From: the human T2T-CHM13v2.0 reference genome, Homo sapiens
Reading direction: 5' to 3' (one strand)
Assembly: GCF_009914755.1 (NCBI RefSeq)
Contig: NC_060930.1
Length of the DNA stretch: 64,000 nt
The notes under the pieces were generated by a model. That model was not told where the DNA came from. It did not search any database and saw only the letters and a list, made by a program, of their open reading frames with translations. The position numbers and the translations under genes were made by a program. This document shows, piece by piece, positions 44,141-55,590 of this stretch. Every line of letters begins with the position of its first letter. Within the stretch, counting starts at the first letter, position 1.

Positions 44141-46149
44141 GACTGTCCAGATAGACGCCACTTCCCACATGCAAAGTTTTGGAGTTAGAATGTTATATTA
44201 TAGCTAAAAATGTACATATATTCAAATTATATTAAAGTTACAATTCAAAGATGGGTAACACGTGAACAATAATCAGATTTGCAATTTTGAGTGACCAACC
44301 AGATAGTATTGTGTTGATTTGGAATGATGTGAGACTGGAAATAAGGAAATCCTTTAGGCAGTGCTTTGGAAGTACAGCTTAACTATTTATGAATTACTCC
44401 TTCTAAACTCCTGCCTTTTCCTCATATACTCCTGGTAGATACAGGATAGATATAGATTTTAGTAAGACGGAAAATTGGGGAAAAAAAGTATTCATTGAAA
44501 CAACTTGTTACTGTGCTGTCTCATGAAAGTCTTATAGGAGGCCAAAGTTTGCTTAACTGTATAAACATGAAGCAGGAAGTCTTTCATAACGTATTTTAAA
44601 CTTGAGTGAAATATATGCAAATGCATCAATATAATTCAAAGAAGAAGGTTTTAAACGCTGGAGAATAAATTCAAACCACCAACTAATATTGGAATACAGA
44701 TATGAATCTCCTGGCTCAAAACCAAAGAGTGCTTAAAGGAGAAGGTGACAATTATATATTGAAGAAGAGAATTGCTTCAATAGGTATTTGACTGTATGGA
44801 AAAGGATAAGGAAAGATATTGGAGACATTTGGTAACTGAATAGTTTGGATGATCTCAGTATGTATGGGGAAGTATTTGATTCTGGACTCCAGAGTCACAT
44901 GGGCAATTTTCATGATATTTGAATGTGTCACCAAAGATGACAGTTTTTTTTAAATGTATATATAGACAATGTGGAAACACTGAAAGTTTTTAAGGGAAGA
45001 ATTGACTAGTTCAAACTTATAGAGTAGGAAGACAGCTGTGACAGCAATGTGTGGGGAAATTGTATGTAGGAGATACTGGAAGCAAGAGAATGTTAGAATA
45101 TCGCAATAATCTCAGCAAGAAAAATGAAATGTTGAACATAAATTTTCCTGACATAAGCTGACTGAAATGCCAGCTACTAGATTAATAGAAAGGTTTAGTA
45201 TGGCAAATATAAGTGTCTCTTTTCAGGTACTCTGTTTCCACCACAGAAAGTAGACATTAAAGCCATATGTGTATGGGTGCCCTGACAATAATTTGCTCAA
45301 AATTTTACTTTCAACCAATCTTCACTGCATCAATTTTTTTAAAAAAGCTATTATGTCAAATGAATACTTTTCTCAGTGGTCCAGTGAGCTTGGGTTGTAG
45401 TTAGCAAAGTCTAAGTTCTAAGCTTATAGCACCTGACAATACAAAATACTTTTCTTTTAAAGAATTTCTGTGATGATTTTTGCTTAAAATTTGTTTGACT
45501 TCACCTGTTTTCTCAGCCAGTATTGTGTCATTTTGTAGAAAGGACATTTAACCTAGTGGCCCACTGAGGCCTTCTGCCATGGACCTGCTGTGCGTACTTT
45601 GCTAAAATGGCTGCAGGGCTTAGACCTTGTCTAGGTCTGTTTGTCCATCTTCACAATGAAGATGTTGGATGAAAACATCACTAAGCCTCATGTGAACCTT
45701 ACAGTCTTGAAAATCTATGTTTATCCAGTAGAACCAAACAAAAGTAAAACTTAAATTCTGCATTAAGATATACAAGCAATCAAACAACTGGTCTACTCAT
45801 TTTGACTGTCTTAAAGTATCTGAAAAAAATTTATTAAGCCTGAAAGTTAATAACTATTGGGTTGCCACCTCCTCTGATGTTCTAAAACATTTTTTGTGTG
45901 TGTATAAATTTTAGTGTTCTAAATCCTTTGATCTCTCTATTGTATGTTCTCAAGCTTCCCTCCAGTCCTAGAGCAACTTGCTGTGAGTTATGAGCTGGGA
46001 GAGGTGATTAGGAGATAATATATAAACAATTAGAAGACAAGATGTCACTGATGTTGCTATTATGAAGAAAACACACACAAATGTTTTTTTGAGAGGTTAG
46101 AAGACCCCTGTCCAGCAGCAAAGCTTTCGTATGTAGGCTGTGTGTGTGA

Positions 46150-46336
46150 ATGTTTGCTACAATGAGACTCTGCCTCTAGCCTGCTAAGTGATTAGGATAG
46201 TATCATGGTGGAAGATCACTCATGTTTATTTATGACTGAATGATTTTATTGAGGATGGCGTAGAAACCCCTTACCGCCGCATGCACTTTCCTACTGCCAC
46301 GTTGCCACCAAATATGGGTTAAGGGCATTAGAAAAG
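46150..46336 (+). pseudogene. PCSK-like pseudo-exon 1 (degenerate signal peptide plus N-terminal prodomain)
   Basis: ATGs at 46150 and 46162 (MFATMRLCL..SLLS). TGA at 46241 falls at the conserved Trp. IEDGVETPYR starts at 46248 and VATKYGLRALEK spans 46301-46336, in different frames. No GT follows AAG at 46336. Confidence 0.7.
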
Positions 46337-46349
46337 AAATCCCACATGC

Positions 46350-46685
<336 letters not shown>

Positions 46686-47346
46686 CTATGTCTGTTTGGA
46701 TTAACTTCACAAACAAAATACAGGGAATATAAAGAAATATGAATGAAGGAATTATAAACCAGGTATAAAACTAAGAAACTTAATTTTTAACTATGGCTTG
46801 GGTTATCTAAACGTGTACATACATATAATATATGTGATTATATATGTAAAATACATATATATATACACAAAAATACTGAGGATTTGGGGCATCTTAGCCT
46901 CTGAGCTACCAGTTCCTCTAATGTTCTAAAACATTTTTATTTGTTATTATACTTTTATATATTTAAACACACACATATATATGCATATATATATACGCGT
47001 ATATATATGCGTGTATATATATATACACGCATATATATGTGCAGAAATGCAGTCCAGTTTCATTCATTCACAATGGCAATAATATGGTCAGGAGGGGACA
47101 TTTGGTAGATTTATAGGACAAACGGATATTTGTGTTCTGAATTTTTTTTGTTTCCTTTGGTTTACCATGTTTTCAATTCACAACTTGCTTGAGCATTGCA
47201 CAGATTGGTAGAATATGATTTTATTAATAAAGCTCAATCTAAATGCCAGAAATTTAGGTTGTGGTATGTTACTTACTAGGCTTCTTATGTGGAACCAATG
47301 CTAAAAAAATAATTACATATGCACACTATAGTTCATATTTTAATAG

Positions 47347-47475
47347 GTCTTCACTGAGACCTACTATGAGCCCTAGAGGCCAGCTCAGTCACAATTTTTG
47401 AGCTGAAACTCCTTTTAAAGACACTGTACTTGTTTTTACTAAAGGTTAATGATAAAAAATAAGCAATTCTCAAAG
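47347..47475 (+). pseudogene. PCSK-like pseudo-exon 2 (middle prodomain)
   Basis: Acceptor atattttaatag|GTC; begins VFTETYYE (cf. furin IFGDYYHF); donor AAG|gtaagt at 47476, with an alternative AAG|gttaat at 47445. Four in-frame stops if read straight through. Confidence 0.55.
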
Positions 47476-48214
47476 GTAAGTAAAAACATTAAAAAATAAG
47501 TTATTTCATTTCAAAATATGTCCCTATTGGCTTTTACTCCTTTTCTATACAAACTTTTTGTGCAGATTTTGTAAAAGTCTTTTTATTCTTCTGAATATCA
47601 CATTTTTTCCATCTACATATTGACTAATATTGTTTTAGCTTTTTAGAAGTGAAAGAATTTTAAAGAAATGTATAATAAACCTGATCAGTAAAAAAACCTT
47701 TTCGCAGATATCTAAAAGCTAATAATTTAATCATGTGATCTTATGTCACCCCAGTTTCTACATGTATAAACAAATACAGCAATATCTTACAATTATGGTG
47801 TTTTAATATTGTGAAAGATTCTCAGTCATACAGCTTAATACTTTAATATCTGATGATGCAAACTTAGCTTGTAAGGATTTGCGCATCTTGCAATAAAGTT
47901 CAAGTGACTAAATTACTTTGTGTATTTACAAATGACACATGATGGTACATTTACCTCTTTACTGATGTTAGCTGATACATTAGTCAGATCTCTAGATTGT
48001 GAGAAAATTCTGAGGAAATATTGCCTGGGGTAAATTTTAATTTATGCAGGAAAAAATTAAATGTATGCTATTTTGCATAAAAGCGCAAGTGTGAGTAAAT
48101 TATGTATGGTAAATTCTCATTGCTGAAAGCTTCTTGCAAATGAAGAATAGTTTTATTTGTGTCTTACTAATATACCAACGTTTGGTTAGTTACATTTACT
48201 CCTGTTTGCTACAG

Positions 48215-48296
48215 GTAAAATGGATGGAACATCAGACAGCTCATTATAGAGACAAGTAAGCTCCAGTTCCAAAGTTGGTTGACAGAACAAGTCATG
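48215..48296 (+). pseudogene. PCSK-like pseudo-exon 3 (prodomain C-terminus with autocleavage site)
   Basis: ctcctgtttgctacag|GTA AAA TGG ATG GAA CAT CAG ACA GCT CAT TAT AGA GAC AAG TAA GCT...CAT G|gtaagt, translating VKWMEHQTAHYRDK*APVPKLVDRTSH. Confidence 0.85.
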
Positions 48297-48776
48297 GTAA
48301 GTCTTGTAATTTTAGCACTACTGTACATCTGCAAGCTGTCTGTGGGTAAAATGCTTACTAAGCACTGCATTGGGGCTGTCAGAATGCTCATGGGTTGGTA
48401 ATTAAATACAGACAGTGCTATGGTTTTATGGAGCTAAGCCAATATTTGTGCACTCTAGAAATCTCTTCTAGAAAGCTTTTACTTTGGACTTTAAGTTTTG
48501 GAAGAAGTACATTTTATTTTTATTGAGTAAACTTTCATTAAAAACACACTTTCTAGAGCCTTCACTGAAAACATTCATTTCTGTTTTTGTGTGATAAGTC
48601 AATGGCCAATTCACCTAGCAAAGAAGTCAATTGTCAGCAGTGCTGGCCTTTGCAGTGTTAGTTTTCCCTCTCTCAGGTTTTATCGTCAATTACTATTTTT
48701 AAAACACTCAACAAAAAGATTTGAAAGTAAATAGAAAGATCTAAAATAGAGCTGCTGGAAAGAAATATATTTATTT

Positions 48777-49057
48777 GCCAGGTGTGGTGGCTCATGTCTG
48801 TAACCCCAGCACTTTGGAAGGCTGAGGCAGGAGGATAGCTTGAGCCCAGGAGTTTGAGACCAACCTGGGCAACACAGGGAGACCTTGTTTCTATTTAAAA
48901 AAGAAAAAAAATTATCCAAGTGTGGTGGTGTGAGCCTGTGGTCCCAGCTACTTGGGAGGCTGCAGTGGGAGAACTGCTTGATCCCAAGAGGGACTGCAGT
49001 GAGCCGCGATTGTGCCACTGCACTCCAGCCTGGAAGACAGAACAAGACCCTGTCTCA
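48777..49057 (+). mobile_element. Alu (J-like)
   Basis: ggaggatagcttgagcccaggagtttgagacc..ctgggcaaca. Confidence 0.93.
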
Positions 49058-49249
49058 CACCCCCCCAAAAATGGTGTTTATTTAATTCTTACCACTTTTT
49101 ACTTTCCTTCTGGAATTTAGTGCCCTAGTTTAAATATGAATTGCTTGTATACTTCAGTAGGAAATGAATAATTTTTCCTTTATTCTTGTTATAGATGTTC
49201 ATTTTGATAGGTATAGAGTGTGTCACATAAAAGCATGCTATATAGCAGC

Positions 49250-49455
49250 ACTAGAACCTGCAAACTATGACCCAGAAATCAAAGGCCAAATTCTGCCTGC
49301 ATTTGTTTTTTTAAATGAAGTTTTATTGGAATACAGCTCATTTATTTATAGTTGCTTTCCTGCCACAATAGCAGAGTTTAATAGTTTGACAGATATTTGT
49401 AAAGTCTAAATTTTTTACCATCTGGCCCTTTACAGAAAAAATTTGTTGACCACTG
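49250..49455 (-). mobile_element. MER58A-like hAT element
   Basis: gcaaactatgaccc..aagttttattggaa..gcagagtttaatagt..tggccctttacagaaaaaatttgttgacc. Confidence 0.75.
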
Positions 49456-51407
49456 GACTAGCACATGAAAACTTGTAAAGGAATACATATTTTTTATTTG
49501 TTTTTGTACTGTTTAATAACAAGAAAGAATACAAAAATATCATTTCAAATGAATTTTATTTTCTTTAACAGTGAGGAAAATTTGTGTTATTGCTTTACAT
49601 TTTTAAAAAAACCTTAATAATATCCTGTAGCAGGAGTTTGTGGTTGGATGCAAATCCGTGTACACTCTTAGGTGGATAGTTAGTAAGTTTGTGTACCTTT
49701 AAAGGGAAATATTTTCTAACACATGCTGTGAGATTGGCATAAAAAGGAAACGGAGAATAGAGTTCAGGTGAGTCAGTGAAGTGGCTTCTAACCATGCAGC
49801 TATTATATGCCTGAAAACTGCATGCATTGAGGTTAGTCTGCAAGCCCTTACCAGCTTGTTATTGGCAAGGTTTCCAAACCTCTAACTGTATTATGGCTGT
49901 GGATTCATTATCTATAGCAGACTATTCCCCATGACTGTCTCAAAGATAGTTCCTGGGCCAACTTATATTTTTTAATCTGTACATTTACTTTCCAAAGAAA
50001 AAAAGTAAAAGAAACTTGTTAGGAAATTAAAAGTGTACATGTGCTGTTATTTTAAAAATTTTTTTGGTGTCATTTAGTTGTGAAGTAGCTGTGTATGCAC
50101 ATTTATGGTTAAAAAAACTGGTAGGACTGTGAGGTAATATACTACTTTCCAAAGTATAGCTTTTCTATAAAACATCTAGCAGAAGGATAATAGGTAATGA
50201 TGCAATGGTTAACATTACCATTTTCAAAAAATTGAAAAGGAATCATCACTTGGAGCCAGTTTGGCATTTTCCTATAAGACATCCTATTTAGAGCTCTGCA
50301 TCTCTGCTATGCAGTTCTGTGAATTTGAATCCAACAGAGAAGATGTAGCTTTCATACAATTTTCTTCAGTTATAAGAACCATAATCGTTCCAATGGGATG
50401 CTGTAAGCCTGGGTCACTTAAATCATTTCTGAAGACAGCAGGTGCTCTTCAGGGATGTGCAAGATGAGGAAAGCACCTGTTGTTGATTGTGTCTCAGCAT
50501 CACCTACATAAACTTAGTGCAGGTCGACGTGTTCAGGAATCAGTTATGGAGAAGGATATGAAAATTTTGCACTAAGCAAATGAGCTGGAACCTAACAACA
50601 AAGAAAAATTTCCTGAAAAGTTAAGCAGTGTAGGTTCACAAAATATTTAGATACTCTCTCGAAGATAGTCCTAAGAATGTAACTGAATGGGACACAAAAA
50701 TGAAGATATAAGTATTTACATTGAAATCTACTTCTCTGAAATAATTACTCCCTTCTTATCTGTTGTAAGATGTAACGCAAGATATAACATTCCCAGTCTT
50801 CTGTATTCCAATGATATGTGGAAGAATTGTGAGGATATAGAGCAGAGGTCAAAATTTGTGACATTGGGACAAATATAGCCTTCTAATATTTTATTGACTA
50901 CAAATGTATTTTCATAAACTGGAAATTTTATTTAAAAATTTAGATTCCCAAATTACGTTGAAAATCTGAAATATTTTGATATTTGTTTTGTCTTTAAAAT
51001 ATTTTTTAAACATAAAAGTTGTACATGCTGTTGGTAAAAAAAAATTCAAATAGTACAGAAAACCATAAGGAAATGTTCTTGATCCCAGTTTCATTTTCAC
51101 ATTTTATTAAGTATTCTTCCATAAATGTAGATGAACATACATGTGAAATATACAATTGGATCATGATAACCATATTTTTCTATGCATAGATATTTTTCAT
51201 TCCGTATTTTAACAATTCTCTTCGATTTTATTAACTTATATTACTTGAATTGCTTTATGCTTTCTTTTATTCCATTTTTATTTTCATTGCTTTAGTATTT
51301 TGAAATTAAATTATTTGATAAAGCTTCCTTTTCTCCTCTCCTACTTGATTTTGTATTGTACACATTTCAAATGCTGTCCCTATGATCTTGACAGTGTGTT
51401 CTTGCAG

Positions 51408-51444
51408 TGATAGAGGGCGTTGGGCTTCACAGCACCAAGGGCAG
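51408..51444 (+). pseudogene. Candidate 37-nt linker micro-exon of the PCSK-like gene
   Basis: gtgttcttgcag|TGATAG...GGGCAG|gttggg. Its 3n+1 length joins the phase-1 donor at 48296 to the phase-2 acceptor at 53619 with no stop (VIEGVGLHSTKGR). The donor is weak. Confidence 0.4.
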
Positions 51445-51605
51445 GTTGGGGCTTTCCAGCCACCTCTGTGAATACCATGCTACCTTCTTCTTGGATGATC
51501 TGTCATTCCTTTATGTGGCCATCCAAAAGTTTTATTCTGGCATTTTTTCTGAAAACTCACAAGTAATAGTCATTTTTGGAGAAATAATGGTCCTTTTCTT
51601 AAAGA

Positions 51606-52111
51606 TGTGACCATGAGGTGGCAGTAGCACACAGCAAGCATTACTTGGGTGGTGCTTTGGTGGTTTTGTAAATGGGGGAGGTCCCTTATTGCAGGACGCC
51701 TTCCCAAAGGCAATAATTAGGGGGCCACCAAGCTAAAGGAGAGGGAGGCAAAAGGAACTCTTGGGAAGAGGAGGTTTGGAGAAGGAGGCGTCAGTCTAGA
51801 GGATGTTGCTCAGCAGCATGATGGAGAGACTCTGGGTGGGAAAGCTTTTAAGGGCAGCAGAAGCTTGGGGTCTGTTACAGACCCAGGGTTTATCTTATCT
51901 ACGGTTAGCAGATGTTAGGTGCAGTTTTGTGGGGTTGCGCAAAGCAGGCAGGCTCTAAATGGCCAAAAATCTACTTATTTGGACTACATTTGAAACAAAT
52001 GGATGTGCAAAAATGTGCATTTGTTGCCAGTGGGCTTTGGAGCTAGTGGTTCCACCCTGCTGTGAAGAAGTAAACACTGTAGGACCAATGTGCACAGACC
52101 ATCTTATAACA
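51606..52111 (-). mobile_element. Solo ERV LTR (family uncertain, LTR41-like)
   Basis: About 500-bp GC-richer block; minus strand begins TGTTATAAGATGG and contains gccatttagagcctgcctgctttgc..gataagataaaccc. Confidence 0.5.
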
Positions 52112-53618
52112 ACTAGGCCTCACTGGTTTTGTTTGTGTATGTGTGTTTTGTCATTATAACATACTACAAGTCTACAGAAAATATATACATAAATGCTTGT
52201 AGATACACTTATGTACAAATATGCGTAGAAAATAGACACATATAATGAATAGCATGTACGTACCATCTAGATTTGTTAGATTTATAATTTTGTCGTAAAT
52301 GCTCCAAGTTTTTTAAAGGACTACATTACTAGAGTTGAATTCCTCTATACCCCTTCCTAGAACGATTCTCTTCCCTGCCTTCTTCAGAGGCCTTCCTATG
52401 TGTGCTTAGATTTGTATCCTAAATACGTATCATTTTAAAAAGATGTATAAAATTGTTTTGGGATGATTTAAAACTTTATATAAATGATATCATACTGTAC
52501 ATAGCCTTCTGCACTCTGCTTACAATTTTTGAACTGATTGAAATGTATTCAGTTGATACTTGTAGATCACATTTATTTACTGTTGCTGCTAAATAACATT
52601 TTACTGTGTGAATATAAAATGATTTAAACAATTTCATATTAATGGCGATTTAATTTGTTTCCAGCTTTTTATTTTTGCAAATGATGCTGTAGAGAACATT
52701 TCTGAACACGTCTTCTTATGCAAATGCTTCTACTTGGCTGTTTCATTGAGAGATTCTAGAAGCAAATCAGCAAATAATTCCCAAATAACCTATTGGCACA
52801 GGTCTAGAGTTATATCAAAATTAGATATAATTCCTATTCTTGATAAATTTATACTCTTAGTTTATAAGCTTTGTGTATACTTACAAATAAGAATTTTTCT
52901 ACTATTTGGTAGTGTTTATCTCACCTGTCATTTTACTAAGTTTACGTGTATTTCTAAGACAGATATGTCATTAATGTCATTGCTTGATTATTTTCTCCAA
53001 TACTTGGTTTTGGTAATCCCCTAAGATGCAAAGCAGATGTGACTATCTGAATTACAGTTTTGTCTTTAGGAGAACATTGTGTTAAAAAGCTTCCCTGAAT
53101 TCCTAGTGCTGTCACTTTCTCAGTTAATGATTTATTAAATACATCAGAGCAATTAGAAAAATGAGATTTTTAAAAAATGTTTTCCACTACAGCTCAAGTA
53201 ATTTAAATCACTCTTCTAAGAGATGTATGTTGGGAGAAGTCATAAGTGGAATGCACATGACATAGTAAGGATAATGATCAATGTAAGCAGATAACTTCTA
53301 ATGGGAAATATATACATAGCTTTGGAATTACATTCCAAATCACTTGTTTTCCCAGCATTTATTGTATGCAACAAACACATAGAAAGTGGTTAGCTGAAAC
53401 AGGTAGTTTGGAAATATTTTAACATTTTTATCTAAACAAATGACAGATTTTTTTTAAATGAAAAATGCTAAGTATAATAAAAGTGTATATTTATGTTCTC
53501 GGCAGCCAAATGTGCTTTTTAATGGAATTTAAATAAATGGAATTTTTATGACAAAAAAAGCAACAGTAAAAGCAGTGATTATGTTTTTCATAGTTCATTT
53601 GCCTTCTTTGCCCTGCAG

Positions 53619-53736
53619 ACCTTGTGTGGAGGAAAATGAGATCCCGAGTGAAGTCTACAATGTCATTGACTCTGAAGAAGGACTCAGAGACCCATTGGTG
53701 TTTAATGACCCTTACTGGCCTATGCAATGGAAACTG
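53619..53736 (+). pseudogene. PCSK-like pseudo-exon (acidic linker plus catalytic-domain start FNDPYWPMQWKL)
   Basis: Strong acceptor ccttctttgccctgcag|A; open frame PCVEENEIPSEVYNVIDSEEGLRDPLVFNDPYWPMQWKL (inside ORF 53548-53742); phase-0 donor CTG|gtatga where furin/PCSK1 have an intron after WYL. Confidence 0.88.
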
Positions 53737-55389
53737 GTATGATCTTCAGAAATAGATGGTTCTTTGGCAGTGTTAAGAAATATTATTTTTGTCATGTTCT
53801 AATGCAGTAGATAGGCACTTTTATGCACTGCCTGCTTTTATCTATTGGTTTTGCAGAGAGAGACTTAGCAAACTTTTGATGAAATATTACTGCCATCTTA
53901 TTAATGAACACTAATCCTTTTAATTTGATTACATCCTTAGGGTTTGATTTAATCTATAAAAGACACCAGTAAAAACCCCAAGATATTTAAATTTGGTGTG
54001 TGTAAACAGACTCATTACATAGAAATGTTGTTGCCATTCAGGCTTGAAGTTTTTGTTCTTGCATAACTTAGAATATATTCTATATTACATCAATACTGAG
54101 AGAACTTGTCTTTATGGATTAAGTGGATGTTAGAACATTGCCCAACAGACTTTTTTTCATAATGCTTATTTTGTTGGACCTTTTAGTATCACATTGCCCT
54201 CCCATTTATATAAGACGGTAATAATGAAAAGGTTTGAGAAAAGCACCCTTAATTTTGAATGCAAATAAGTTTAAAAAAATGATGTACATACCATGGAAAA
54301 TTTTATAAGGAAACATTTAAAATGTGAAGATAACTTGGTGATAATATTGGAGAGAAATTACAACCTTATTATATGCATAATTAGTTCTTCATAGGTCTGC
54401 AGATTATATTGTGTTGTAGAGGGTCCAATGTTGCAAAATGAGGAAAAGGTTAGGTGCATTTTATCATTTTAAGGGCCATGATGAGATAAAACATGGTAAG
54501 CTGTTGTGCTGGCTCTTTTTATGTTGATCATTGGCAGTTACCAAGCTGACTATCTGACATGAGCTGAAAACCTATGTTGAAAAAATGTCCAGTTCCATTT
54601 TATGTAGCTTCAACTCATCTTTAAAAAATGAAGTGATTTAGAACACATGTCACGCACTCCTGGGCCAGCCAGCTTCCCTTTCTCTCCTCGTATGTAATAT
54701 CTTTTTTTCCCCTTTCTAGCAAGTACTTTCAAAAGAACTCTGTACATTTTAACATAAAAAATAAATTATGTTGGGCCATTTTGGAAAAAAAATACTTATT
54801 TGGCTAAATTTAACATTTCAAACAAATAAAAAATTCAAGCAGAAAATAATTGAGGACTGCTTCAGTTTCCTGGAGGTGGTATAATCAGTAACAATTTAGT
54901 GAACTAGAGTCAATCAGGATTATGAAAGTCAAAGAGAAAAAGAGTGATATTAAGAAAAAGGACTGAGGAAAGGTAACTAGATAAGGAAGAAGGGCATGAA
55001 ATATGAAAAAAAAAACCTTTCTTTTTTTTCTTTACCTGAAGAAACAGCAAAAATTAAGATGAGTACTTGAAGATTACACATATGACACATTGTAATTTGT
55101 CACCTCAGAAAGAATACTTTCTTGTATTGGCAATAAAATGTCAAGCCCCTCTATAATGAGGTCAAGAATTTCAGCAGACACAATAGGGAAAGGAGATGGA
55201 GGGCAAGTAATACAGGAAAGAAGAGAAGAATTGAGTAGCAAGCAGTCAATAAAGTGACAGGGATTAGAAATGGAGAGAAGTCTTAGAGACCATTAAGCAA
55301 TAGATCCTCTTAAAAGCAGCATAGAAGAGATCATGAAAGGAAAAAGCAGAAAAAAGAAGTTGTATGATGACCCTATATCATTTTCTAGG

Positions 55390-55590
55390 GCAGGAGTTGA
55401 TAAACCTTTCCTGTAAAAGTTCAGATAGTATATATTCAGGGTTTGTGGGCCACATAATTGGCTGTGGCATATTCTTTTGTTTCTTTATTTCAGATTTTTT
55501 AAAATGTAAAAACCATTTTTTCACTTAGGGCCATATGAAAACAGGTTATAGGCTGGATTTTACTCACTGGCCATAGTTTACTGACACCAG
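55390..55590 (+). mobile_element. MER58-family hAT element
   Basis: caggagttgataaacctttcctgtaaaag..gggccaca..ggccatagtttactgacacc. Confidence 0.7.

Noticed and set aside
46975-47040. Palindromic (TA)n/CGCG stretch
   Set aside because: Self-complementarity is expected for alternating purine-pyrimidine microsatellites
53548-53742. 64-aa ORF as a standalone small protein
   Set aside because: The N-terminal part is intronic polypyrimidine tract; only 53619-53736 is exon-like
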